DNA of 64,000 nucleotides from positions 3,633 to 67,632 of the forward strand of contig JAUHZB010000002.1 of the NCBI GenBank assembly GCA_030426125.1, given 5' to 3'. How positions within the stretch are numbered: the first letter of the stretch is position 1; each line of letters begins with the position of its first letter. A model generated the notes under the pieces. The model was not told where the DNA came from and did not search any database. It worked only from the letters and a program-made list of their open reading frames with translations. This document shows, piece after piece, positions 44,872 through 53,533 of this stretch. This DNA comes from a bacterium. GTDB lineage: Bacteria; Patescibacteriota; Saccharimonadia; Saccharimonadales; AWTP1-31. The translations under genes were made by a program, and so were the position numbers.

Positions 44872-45636
44872 ATGACAGAAACACTTAGAGAAAAAAATGA
44901 ATTTGATCTAGTTGTTGATCGCCCTGAGCCAAGTATTGCTGCTACCTTCTCCAGTGAACCTAGTGATGAATTAATTGCAGACGTAAGCGAGAAAGCCGAA
45001 GTGGCTGAAGTTCGCGCTGATCTTTACCCCGAGCAAAACCCCCAGTACCTGAACGAGCAATTAGCTAGATTTGGTTCTATTCCGACACTTCTAACAGTTA
45101 GAACTCAGCAAGAAGGTGGTGAATGGCAGAAGACAGAAGATGAAAGACTTAGGTTAATCGATTCTGTTATTGATCACGTTGATGCTTTGGATATTGAGCT
45201 ACACTCTAAAATCTTTAAAGAGGCGACACAACTGGCTCATGAGCATCAAGTCCCAGTAATAGCTTCTAGTCATGATTTTACAGATACACCCTACATATTT
45301 GATTTAGATTGTCAGGCCAGCCAAGCCCTTAATGGCGGGGCGGATTTTGCGAAGTTTGCGACCATGACTGATAGTAAGCAACGATATTTTCGGTTAAGAA
45401 GGTTTCTAGAGATGTCCACGCACAGTAAATTAATTGTGGTAGGTATGAGTGGAGATGGCGAAAGTGAATTCGGTGCCCTTTCAAGGTTAGCTTTCCCGGC
45501 TTCTGGTTCTTTGATGAGCTATGCATATGCGGGCGATCAGCCGGTGGTACCTGGTCAACTGCGCTACGATGTAATGCACAGGATCTTTAGAGAAACTTAT
45601 CCAGGGTATAGGGCTTTATACGAGAAAGATAAGTAA
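44872..45636 (+). CDS. aroD: type I 3-dehydroquinate dehydratase
   Basis: TVRTQQEGGEW (Glu), IASSHDF (His), ADFAKFATM (Schiff-base Lys), LSRLAFPASGS and VPGQL all parallel Salmonella AroD. Confidence 0.7.
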   Translation: MTETLREKNEFDLVVDRPEPSIAATFSSEPSDELIADVSEKAEVAEVRADLYPEQNPQYLNEQLARFGSIPTLLTVRTQQEGGEWQKTEDERLRLIDSVIDHVDALDIELHSKIFKEATQLAHEHQVPVIASSHDFTDTPYIFDLDCQASQALNGGADFAKFATMTDSKQRYFRLRRFLEMSTHSKLIVVGMSGDGESEFGALSRLAFPASGSLMSYAYAGDQPVVPGQLRYDVMHRIFRETYPGYRALYEKDK

Positions 45637-45643
45637 TTAATAA

Positions 45644-45922
45644 TTAGCTAGTTGTTGGTTGATCGAAATCACCCATTAGAGCAATATGGCCTGGGGAAAT
45701 AGTCGATTCCCCTGTTTCTGTTGTTGGTTTGGCCTGTTTGTCGGCGGCTTGATCGAGAATCGGGTCTAGTGGCGTAGGCCTTGGACCAGAGTCGTATCCA
45801 TCACTAATTGCTGGCTTTGCGCCAGGTACGCCAAGTTTTTCTACTGTCTCAAAGAATATGGCGCGATCTGCTTCGCGTTGACTATACTCTGGTCCTTGTT
45901 GATTTCTACCTGCTCTAATCAT
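45644..45922 (-). CDS. hypothetical small protein
   Basis: 92-aa ORF, Pro/Gly-rich, no motif. Confidence 0.35.
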   Translation of the reverse strand: MIRAGRNQQGPEYSQREADRAIFFETVEKLGVPGAKPAISDGYDSGPRPTPLDPILDQAADKQAKPTTETGESTISPGHIALMGDFDQPTTS

Positions 45923-45988
45923 AAGAATGATTATTATAGCATAATTATCAAATAATCCAATGTAGCTTTATTATTATTCTATTCTTTA

Positions 45989-46144
45989 CTATTTTGGTCT
46001 ACTTAAGACCGCACCTACTACTATAGCTATTACTACACCTATTCCGGCTCCAAGAGCTAAGTTCCCAAAAACTACACCCATAGCTGCCCCAATTGGTATT
46101 CCGATAGCTAAAACTTTTCCTATAGTTTCTGATTGTTTATTCAT
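45989..46144 (-). CDS. glycine-zipper micro membrane protein (51 aa), missed by ORF track
   Basis: My own translation gives MNKQSETIGKVLAIGIPIGAAMGVVFGNLALGAGIGVVIAIVVGAVLSRPK. Paralogue of 8585..8749. Confidence 0.5.
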   Translation of the reverse strand: MNKQSETIGKVLAIGIPIGAAMGVVFGNLALGAGIGVVIAIVVGAVLSRPK

Positions 46145-46190
46145 ATTTGGTAGCTTAACATGATCCGAGTGTAGTTAATATATAAATAAC

Positions 46191-46745
46191 CTAAAAATAG
46201 GCTGCTGACCACATTGCAGATGCAAATAAGAAAAACAAGATAAGCTGTATATACAAGATATTTTCTCTGAGTTTTAAGGGTTTAAGTAGGATTAGCGCTG
46301 AGATAAAGTACAACAGCGTGATGAGGCTTATAATTCTGGCATATGTATTTATAGAAGAAGAATATATTAAGATTAGCAACAATATAGGTAACAGTAGGTA
46401 TGCAAAAGATGCACAGATATCATGTACCTTCCCTTTCCAGCCCTCTACTGACGGTACTAGAGCAGCTATGGTAAGACCCAGCATACTGATTGCTACTATA
46501 AAGGAGAAACTGACGGGTAGATTTTTACTAGGAGTTAGCCAGTAGATGGTAAACAATGCAAATATTGGGAGCATTGTAGCTTGAGAAATAGCCATTATTA
46601 AATAGCTTTGCTTGTTAGCTGCCGCATGATGACTGAATGTTTTAGTTTTGTCTTTTGGCTGATTAAACACTGCTAAGCCAAAGGCTATCCAAACGACGAA
46701 TAGCGATATAAAGCCAAAAGGCTTTAGACTGTTTATGATTTCCAT
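46191..46745 (-). CDS. integral membrane protein (6 TM), unknown function
   Basis: 184 aa, almost entirely hydrophobic helices. Confidence 0.55.
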   Translation of the reverse strand: MEIINSLKPFGFISLFVVWIAFGLAVFNQPKDKTKTFSHHAAANKQSYLIMAISQATMLPIFALFTIYWLTPSKNLPVSFSFIVAISMLGLTIAALVPSVEGWKGKVHDICASFAYLLLPILLLILIYSSSINTYARIISLITLLYFISALILLKPLKLRENILYIQLILFFLFASAMWSAAYF

Positions 46746-46790
46746 AAAAATATATTAGCAAACTTACGGCAGCAAGTGTTGTTTATGGAG

Positions 46791-47552
46791 TTAATTTAGT
46801 AAGAATTTATTAATCACATGCTCTAGGGCTTGCTGTTTTTCGTTAGGAGCTATGTAGTCAGCTAGTTGCTTTAAGTTACTGGTTGCGTTTGATACGGCAA
46901 TCTTCAGACCAGCTGATTGAAATAATGGTATGTCGTTTCCACTATCGCCCATCGCAATTGTCTCGGCCTTACTGACATTTTCTAGTTCATGCCACTTAAC
47001 AAGTGCATGCTCTTTGGTGGCCTCTGGGTGTGTAACATGCACATCTAGCTTGCTTCCGCCAGACCAAGAAAGGGTTGAATGGGCTACAGCGAAACCTTGA
47101 GCGTTTATGATATTGCAAATGTTATCGGCGATATTGGCTTCAATCCCAAGTAAGTACATGAACCTAGAGTCGTCAGAGACAGATGAAATTGAATCAATAG
47201 ACCTACCTTTCATATTGGCTGTTGATAACTTACCTTTATTTGATTCACGCTGGAAGATATCTAGAGTTGCATCTAAAGCATTCCTGTCTAGGCTTTTTTC
47301 CCAGATGGTTTTTCCAGAAAGCGGGTCAACTATTTGGGTGCCTCCAGCAACTATGCAAGAGTTAGTGATATTTAGTTTTTCGACAATATTTTTTGTATAT
47401 GACCATCTTCGTCCTGTAGCGCAGGCTATTTTAAAGCCTCTATTCTTGGCTTCTGTTACAGTCTTGATTGTCGCCTCGGAAATATCTTCTCCACTTGAAG
47501 ATAATTTTACGGCTGTTCCATCTAGATCGGTTATTAGGGCCTTATAGTTCAT
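46791..47552 (-). CDS. Cof-type HAD-IIB phosphatase
   Basis: ALITDLDGT (DxD motif I), ATGR (motif II) and AMGDSGND (motif IV). Confidence 0.8.
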   Translation of the reverse strand: MNYKALITDLDGTAVKLSSSGEDISEATIKTVTEAKNRGFKIACATGRRWSYTKNIVEKLNITNSCIVAGGTQIVDPLSGKTIWEKSLDRNALDATLDIFQRESNKGKLSTANMKGRSIDSISSVSDDSRFMYLLGIEANIADNICNIINAQGFAVAHSTLSWSGGSKLDVHVTHPEATKEHALVKWHELENVSKAETIAMGDSGNDIPLFQSAGLKIAVSNATSNLKQLADYIAPNEKQQALEHVINKFLLN

Positions 47553-47568
47553 TTTTAGCTTTCGTTTA

Positions 47569-49377
47569 TTATTCTACAGTAACAGACTTCGCTAAGTTAC
47601 GAGGCCGATCAATATTTAATGATTTTTTAGTGGCTATAGCTAGGGTTATTAACTGTAGATATACATTATAGATTAGTCCGTTAGTATATTCTCCGGAGTA
47701 AGCTAACTCCAGATGAAAATCACTAAGTTTTTCTTTAGGTCTAGACGAAATTGTTAGTACGTTACCGCCTCTAGCTTTTATTTCTTCCAGGGTAGAAAGA
47801 TTCTTTTTGTATAGCAGTTGATCCTCTGGCAGTAGCAGAACTGACAAATGCTTTTTATCTACTAGAGCAATCGGTCCGTGCTTCATTTCGCCGCTAGGTA
47901 AGGCTTGGGAGTTTATGTAAGCTACCTCAGCTAACTTTAGTGATCCTTCCTGTGCAACAGGATATAGCGTACCTCTGCCTAGGAAAAACCAGTTGTCGTA
48001 CTTAGATAATTTTCTGGCTATCTTATCTATCTGCGATTTGTTTTCCAGGGCTAGTGAGACCTCATTAGGTAGAGCTAATAGTTCTTGAGCGATTTTCCTT
48101 GTCATGGATGCATCTCTGCCCTGCTTGTATGCAACGAATGCTCCAAACATCAGCAGGGCTACAACCATAGAACTATAGGCTTTGGTGCTAGCTACCGATG
48201 ATTCAATACCAGCGTGTAGGTATATTCCACCGTGGCTAACTTCCCTAGCTATGGTAGAGCCAACGGTATTGATAATACCCATAGTTTTTAGACCTCGCCT
48301 TTTAGCTTCTCGTAAAGAAGCCAGGGTGTCAGCTGTCTCTCCAGATTGACTCATAAATATAGCTAAGGTTGACTCAGGCTCTAAGGCCCCGTGCCGGTAC
48401 CTGAACTCACTAGCATGTTCGACAGTGACCTGAAGGCCAAGAATTTTCTCTAGCTCATACCGTGCATAATACCCGGCGTAGTAAGCCGTTCCACAGCCGA
48501 TTATTAGAATTCTTTTAATAGACTGGATTTCACTCTGGCTTAAGTTAGGGCCGCCTAAAACAATTGAGCCATCACTTCCTACCCGACCACGCATAACGTT
48601 ACCTAGGGATGTTGGCTGTTCAAATATTTCTTTTTCTAAGAAGCTGGAATATTGACCTTTATCTAGAAGCTCTGAGTTATTGTCTAGGGTTTCTATAGAC
48701 ACTTCTTGGCTGTTAAGTTTCATGTCAAACAACTCAACAGAATTAGGAGTAATTAAGCCTATCTGATCATCTCTTAGATAGATAACTTTACTGGTATGAT
48801 CGACTATTGCCGATGAATCGCTGGCTACAAAGTTTTGTTTATCCCCGACCCCTATTACTATTGGGCTGCCTCGGCGAGCGACAACGATTTGGTTGGGGTG
48901 ATCTTTGGTGATCACGGCAATACCTAAGGTTCCCCGGGCATCAGAAATGGCCAGCCTGATAGCTTCTATTAAATTATTTTTTGAATTATAGTAGTGATCG
49001 ATTAAGGCGGCTAGGACTTCACTGTCGGTCTGACTTTTTAGCTTTGGTTGGCCGATTTTTTCTTTTAATTCCTGATAATTGTCGATAATTCCATTATGTA
49101 CTAGCGTTATTAAACCATAGCTATGCGGGTGAGCATTTGTTTCAGTTGGTTTTCCGTGAGTCGACCAGCGGGTATGTCCGATTCCAGTTGTAGCTGTTGC
49201 GTCAACTAAATCGAGATCCAGCTTATTAGTTGGTCCGACGGCTTTTATGATTTTTATCTTTTTTCCTAGAGTCGCAATACCTACCGAGTCGTAGCCTCTG
49301 TATTCAAGTCTTTGCAGGCCACTGTATATTATTTCTTTAGCTGGCCGAGAGCCAACGTAGCCGATAATTCCGCACAT
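47569..49377 (-). CDS. glmS: glutamine--fructose-6-phosphate aminotransferase
   Basis: MCGIIGY N-terminal nucleophile, two SIS domains (GCGTAYYAG, SQSGETADT), and a C-terminal ...KSVTVE. Confidence 0.97.
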   Translation of the reverse strand: MCGIIGYVGSRPAKEIIYSGLQRLEYRGYDSVGIATLGKKIKIIKAVGPTNKLDLDLVDATATTGIGHTRWSTHGKPTETNAHPHSYGLITLVHNGIIDNYQELKEKIGQPKLKSQTDSEVLAALIDHYYNSKNNLIEAIRLAISDARGTLGIAVITKDHPNQIVVARRGSPIVIGVGDKQNFVASDSSAIVDHTSKVIYLRDDQIGLITPNSVELFDMKLNSQEVSIETLDNNSELLDKGQYSSFLEKEIFEQPTSLGNVMRGRVGSDGSIVLGGPNLSQSEIQSIKRILIIGCGTAYYAGYYARYELEKILGLQVTVEHASEFRYRHGALEPESTLAIFMSQSGETADTLASLREAKRRGLKTMGIINTVGSTIAREVSHGGIYLHAGIESSVASTKAYSSMVVALLMFGAFVAYKQGRDASMTRKIAQELLALPNEVSLALENKSQIDKIARKLSKYDNWFFLGRGTLYPVAQEGSLKLAEVAYINSQALPSGEMKHGPIALVDKKHLSVLLLPEDQLLYKKNLSTLEEIKARGGNVLTISSRPKEKLSDFHLELAYSGEYTNGLIYNVYLQLITLAIATKKSLNIDRPRNLAKSVTVE

Positions 49378-49550
49378 TATTTATCTCTTTCTATTATTAT
49401 TTTTTCACCGAAACGACGGACCGTTAATTGGTCGCCTTTTTTGAGTTTTAGCTGACGGATAATTTCAATTGGGATGCTAACAGCGTAGCTCTTTGCGCCG
49501 ACCATGTTTAGGTAGCGTTTACTGGTTTGATCATTTTCGGGTCTAGGCAT
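49377..49550 (-). CDS. AbrB/SpoVT/MazE-type DNA-binding micro-protein (57 aa), missed by ORF track
   Basis: My own translation gives MPRPENDQTSKRYLNMVGAKSYAVSIPIEIIRQLKLKKGDQLTVRRFGEKIIIERDK. This is a swapped-hairpin pattern (..IP.e.r..l.l..GD.l.v). Its stop overlaps the glmS ATG (TAATG). Confidence 0.55.
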   Translation of the reverse strand: MPRPENDQTSKRYLNMVGAKSYAVSIPIEIIRQLKLKKGDQLTVRRFGEKIIIERDK

Positions 49551-49773
49551 ACAGGAATATTAGACCTAATGGGTGAATAATACAAAGAATTACGTAATTA
49601 ATATAAAATATCTGTATAATACACTCGTCCGAGACAAATAATTTGCTAATTACTTGCCTTACAGTCATCTTGGTGTCTATTCTGGCTAAGTAACGTGGAT
49701 TGGAACACTTATAGGATATAATGGGGTGCTATATAATATTGATATATATAGTATAATATGATATAGTAACAGT

Positions 49774-50229
49774 ATGATTGAGATTTTGAGTGAACTATAC
49801 GATGTCGACATTCCTGACGAATGTAGGGGATGTGCTGTGCAGTGTGAAAATTTTTCAAAATTAGAGGGCTTAATGGTTCATAAAGAAATGGGAAATATGA
49901 TTGGCGAGTCTCTTATGGGAGATGAAGGTAAAGAGTTTGATGAGATGCTAGAATCAAGACTACCTGAAGAAGTCGCCGAAGGGGTGAAAACTCACTTAAG
50001 ACAGAGCATAGTGGACGGTCTAGATGATATTGATCAACGTGTATCGAACATAAAAGATAAAATATCTGCTGATGCACTGGCGTGTGATGGCGTTCTTAAG
50101 ATGAGGGCTTCTAAGGGTGATGTTACATATACAGTAAACGTATGTACTTCCCAGAGAGAATACTCTAGAGATAACTCAACTCCTGAACATATGCCCGTAC
50201 ATATTATTGCATCCTCTAGAGAAGTTTAG
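49774..50229 (+). CDS. hypothetical acidic Cys-containing protein
   Basis: 151 aa. CRGCAVQC near the N-terminus and two further Cys later. An AT-rich region with several TATAAT boxes lies upstream. Confidence 0.45.
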   Translation: MIEILSELYDVDIPDECRGCAVQCENFSKLEGLMVHKEMGNMIGESLMGDEGKEFDEMLESRLPEEVAEGVKTHLRQSIVDGLDDIDQRVSNIKDKISADALACDGVLKMRASKGDVTYTVNVCTSQREYSRDNSTPEHMPVHIIASSREV

Positions 50230-50257
50230 GGATTTGCTTAAAATCTATTATACACAA

Positions 50258-50283
50258 TAAAAAAGATGACCACGGTGGTCACC
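50258..50283 (-). terminator. probable rho-independent terminator (shared by convergent genes)
   Basis: Stem TGACC/GGTCA with loop ACGGT (50267-81), followed on the minus strand by TCTTTTTTATT. Confidence 0.5.
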
Positions 50284-50323
50284 TTTGGTGAAATACTTGG
50301 TTGAGAACCGTGGTCTATAAAGA

Positions 50324-51034
50324 TTACATGCAACTATTAATGAAACTGACCCCTAATGGAGTTAAGGTAACTTGCTTGCTGCCCTTATATGAAGTGGGAG
50401 CATGACCGCCTAGGCTTATACCTTGGCTTGTGATTACTGCAGGCGCTAAGCACTGATTTCTAAAAAGATTAAATATACTCAGTTCATAGTTTGCAGCTGT
50501 AATATCAAGCTTACTCATTAACTGCTCCTTTGTAAGCGAGTAGTCAAGTATTTTATCCCAATTAACTCTACTGTCTTCAAGAAGGCTGTCGTAAAAAATT
50601 TTCAGTAGCTTTGCATCTAATGTAGTAAGATTCTTAATTATTTCAATATATGCAATTCTTAGTCCATCTGAAAAATTTGGATCCATTGCATTGGCCATAA
50701 GATTAGCCCAAAGAGTCTGGAGATCGTCATTTTCTTCAAGACTTGCATTTTCAAGTATGGGCAGGGCAAATTTAGGCGCTACAGGGCGAGTGCTATTTAC
50801 ATTCCTATCGTCTAGAATTTTGTTCACCTTGTCGACGTAAGACACTTGTCTTTCCCAACGAAAAAGGCGTAGCCTATCCCCGATGATACCGGAGGTGTCA
50901 TCAATAGGTTGTTTAAGGACCTTTGCGCTAAACTTTAAAATTTTTTCAGTTGTCTGGACTGTTTTAGTGCCGAACTTTGCTAGCGCGGCGGCAGCCTTAG
51001 CAACTTCTTCAATTTTTTTATCATTGGGATCCAT
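50324..51034 (-). CDS. Abi-alpha (DUF4393) abortive-infection-like protein
   Basis: PKFALPILENASLEENDDLQTLWANLMANAMDPNFSDGLRIAYIEIIKNLTTLDAKLLK matches the family hallmark as I remember it (P.l..aS.e.deeLq.lwAnLLAna...hpsFv.ii.qLsp.dA.iL). Confidence 0.65.
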   Translation of the reverse strand: MDPNDKKIEEVAKAAAALAKFGTKTVQTTEKILKFSAKVLKQPIDDTSGIIGDRLRLFRWERQVSYVDKVNKILDDRNVNSTRPVAPKFALPILENASLEENDDLQTLWANLMANAMDPNFSDGLRIAYIEIIKNLTTLDAKLLKIFYDSLLEDSRVNWDKILDYSLTKEQLMSKLDITAANYELSIFNLFRNQCLAPAVITSQGISLGGHAPTSYKGSKQVTLTPLGVSFINSCM

Positions 51035-51058
51035 CTAGGCTTCCTTTTGTGCAATACC

Positions 51059-51133
51059 TGGCTAGGGCGGAGGGATTCGAACCCCCGAATGCCAGTACCA
51101 AAAACTGGTGCCTTACCACTTGGCCACGCCCTA
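51059..51133 (-). tRNA. tRNA-Gln (anticodon UUG), CCA encoded
   Basis: Manual cloverleaf. Acceptor TAGGGCG/CGCCCTA. 3-bp D-stem GCC/GGC. Anticodon stem CCAGT/ACTGG with loop TTTTGGT. T-arm GGGGG-TTCGAAT-CCCTC. Confidence 0.9.
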
Positions 51134-51222
51134 TTAACAGATGTATTTTACACTATAGCGGTATATTTTTAAACCTTTGACATCTTAGCTATTTCGCTAC
51201 TGCTATAATATAGCTAAATATT

Positions 51223-52485
51223 ATGCGGATAATTGAGCCAAAACATTTTGATAGCCTACCACCAGTAAAAAAGAAACGACATTATTTGCGATGGTTTATC
51301 GTCCTGTTACTTATCGGTGGATTAGTGTCTGCTGGATATGTTGGCTATAAGCGGTTTAATCGCCCCCTGCCTGACCTAGTGGTATCTAAAAGCGTGGAGC
51401 TTAGTGCAGGGCCTGATGTTAAATACCAATGGCCAGATTATGGCCAATCGGCTGTTGCTATCGTAGGCAAAGGAGTTATTGATTCAAATAACAGCCAGAA
51501 GCCTCAGCCTACGGCAAGTCTAGCCAAAGTTATTACCGCACTCGTGGTTCTAGACAAGAAACCCTTAGTTGTTGGTCAGGAGGGTCCTAGTATTGCTATT
51601 ACAAAGTTAGACCAGCAGATATATGATAAATACTACGTTATCAATGGTTCTATTGTCCCGGTTCTACCCGGCACAACACTAACCCAGAAAGAATTACTGG
51701 AAGGCACGCTAATAGCTTCAGCCAATAACATGGCCGAAACGCTAACGAACTGGGCTTTTGGTTCTCAGGAAGAATACATTCGCTATGCCAATCAGTATTT
51801 AGAAGAAAACAATTTTAAGAATACTACAGTTGCCGATTCTAGTGGCTTCTCACCTAAAACAGTTAGCACCGCTGAGGAGATGGTCCGCCTTGGTGAAATG
51901 GCCATGTTGGATCCGGTATTTGCTGAAATTGTTGCCAGCCCGCAGGCTAAAATTTCCAACGCTGGGGTTATTCGTAGCACCAACTTTATTCTTGGTCGAA
52001 ACGGAATTAATGGTATAAAAACTGGCAATACCAATGAGGCTGGTGGCTGTTTCATGATTTCTGTCGACCTGGTTCATCCCGACGATAGTCGCTCAACAGT
52101 CATCGCTGTGGTTATGGGAGCCAAAACAGTAGCTCAAGCTATGGAAGACGTCCAGCCACTGGTATATAACTACACAGAGTCCGGCTTTAATGATGTCGCA
52201 GTAGTCAGTGAGGGCCAGCAACTTGGCGTCATTAGCTCAGAGTGGGGCCATAAAGCAGCGGTTACAGCAACTAACGATCTTTCCCTATTTGGTTGGCAAC
52301 AAGATCAACCAAACTATGAGCTACAAATTGATCAGTCAGATGAATCTGGCTTTGCCGACGGGCAACAACTTGGCCGTGCGGTTGTTGAGCTAGGTAGCGC
52401 AAGTGGATCAGTTGCAGTTGAGCAAAACGGTCAAATAAATCCACCAGATTTCTGGTGGAAGTTTAAACGAATCTTTCAGAGATAA
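51223..52485 (+). CDS. D-alanyl-D-alanine carboxypeptidase (S11, PBP5/DacB-like)
   Basis: N-terminal TM. SxxK in TASLAKV, SxN in IASANN, and KTG in GIKTGNT. Confidence 0.85.
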   Translation: MRIIEPKHFDSLPPVKKKRHYLRWFIVLLLIGGLVSAGYVGYKRFNRPLPDLVVSKSVELSAGPDVKYQWPDYGQSAVAIVGKGVIDSNNSQKPQPTASLAKVITALVVLDKKPLVVGQEGPSIAITKLDQQIYDKYYVINGSIVPVLPGTTLTQKELLEGTLIASANNMAETLTNWAFGSQEEYIRYANQYLEENNFKNTTVADSSGFSPKTVSTAEEMVRLGEMAMLDPVFAEIVASPQAKISNAGVIRSTNFILGRNGINGIKTGNTNEAGGCFMISVDLVHPDDSRSTVIAVVMGAKTVAQAMEDVQPLVYNYTESGFNDVAVVSEGQQLGVISSEWGHKAAVTATNDLSLFGWQQDQPNYELQIDQSDESGFADGQQLGRAVVELGSASGSVAVEQNGQINPPDFWWKFKRIFQR

Positions 52486-52549
52486 TTTCGTCTTAAAAGT
52501 ATTAACCTAATGCTTGGCTTTAAATATAATATTAGGTACATTTATATTA

Positions 52550-53494
52550 ATGCCTAAATCTAAAAACAAATCAAAAGCTAAAAATCCAAGTGATTATGTA
52601 TTCCCACTACTCATGAACGGCCTAGAGGGTCGAATGTTAAAAATGCCGGCACCCAAAAACAAGAGCCGCCATATTCTATTTGTTTATGGGCATCACGCTA
52701 GTCTGGAAAGACAATTTGGAGTTATGGAAGTGCTAAATAAATATGGCTCAGTTACCATGCCAGACTTACCTGGTTTTGGTGGAATGGATAGTTTCTATAA
52801 GATTGGTGTAACGCCTTCTCTAGATAATCTAGCAGATTACTTGGCTGCTTTTGTGAAGCTACGTTATAAGAGGAAGAAAGTTACTGTTGTGGCTATGTCG
52901 CTTGGCTTTTCAATTGTGACCAGGATGTTACAACGCAGTCCAGAACTCGTCGATAAAGTTAATCTGCTGGTTAGTGTGGTTGGTTTTGTGAATCATGAAG
53001 AGTTTATCTTTAGTAAAAAGAATTACCGTTTGCTCAAGTATAGCGCCAAGCTTTTTTCTAGACGCTTGCCAGCTGCCTTTTTAAAGCATGTAGTACTACG
53101 CCCGGCCCTGATTCGGGCTACTTATAATCACGTGGCGGATAAGCACTCTAAATTAATGGACGCTAACCCTGAAGAACGCAAGAAACGCATAGACTTTGAA
53201 ATTGAACTATGGCGCTGTAATGATCCCCGTACTTACGCCCATACCGGACATAGTATGCTAACTATTGACCTGTTGAACGAGAAAGTAGACATGCCGGTTT
53301 ACCATATTGGCGTAGAGGGTGATCGCTATTTCGATAACAGCATTGTGGAGCAACATCTAGCGGTGATATATAAGAAAGTAAATATAATTAAAAGTGATTA
53401 CCAGCATCACGGACCAACAGTGATTGCTACTGCTGAGGATGCTAAACAATATATTCCGACTAAACTTCGTAGACTCCTTGGCCGTAAACCGTAG
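52550..53494 (+). CDS. alpha/beta hydrolase
   Basis: ATG 52550 (MPKSKNKSK). HILFVYGHH and the nucleophile elbow VAMSLGFS. His near the C-terminus. Confidence 0.6.
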   Translation: MPKSKNKSKAKNPSDYVFPLLMNGLEGRMLKMPAPKNKSRHILFVYGHHASLERQFGVMEVLNKYGSVTMPDLPGFGGMDSFYKIGVTPSLDNLADYLAAFVKLRYKRKKVTVVAMSLGFSIVTRMLQRSPELVDKVNLLVSVVGFVNHEEFIFSKKNYRLLKYSAKLFSRRLPAAFLKHVVLRPALIRATYNHVADKHSKLMDANPEERKKRIDFEIELWRCNDPRTYAHTGHSMLTIDLLNEKVDMPVYHIGVEGDRYFDNSIVEQHLAVIYKKVNIIKSDYQHHGPTVIATAEDAKQYIPTKLRRLLGRKP

Positions 53495-53533
53495 CTGCCT
53501 GAACTAAGCTATTTGCTGTATAATGGGCTTAAT

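Noticed and set aside
49378-49560. A glmS ribozyme in the glmS leader.
   Set aside because: The whole leader is occupied by a 57-aa AbrB-type ORF coupled to glmS. I saw no ribozyme core pseudoknot sequence.
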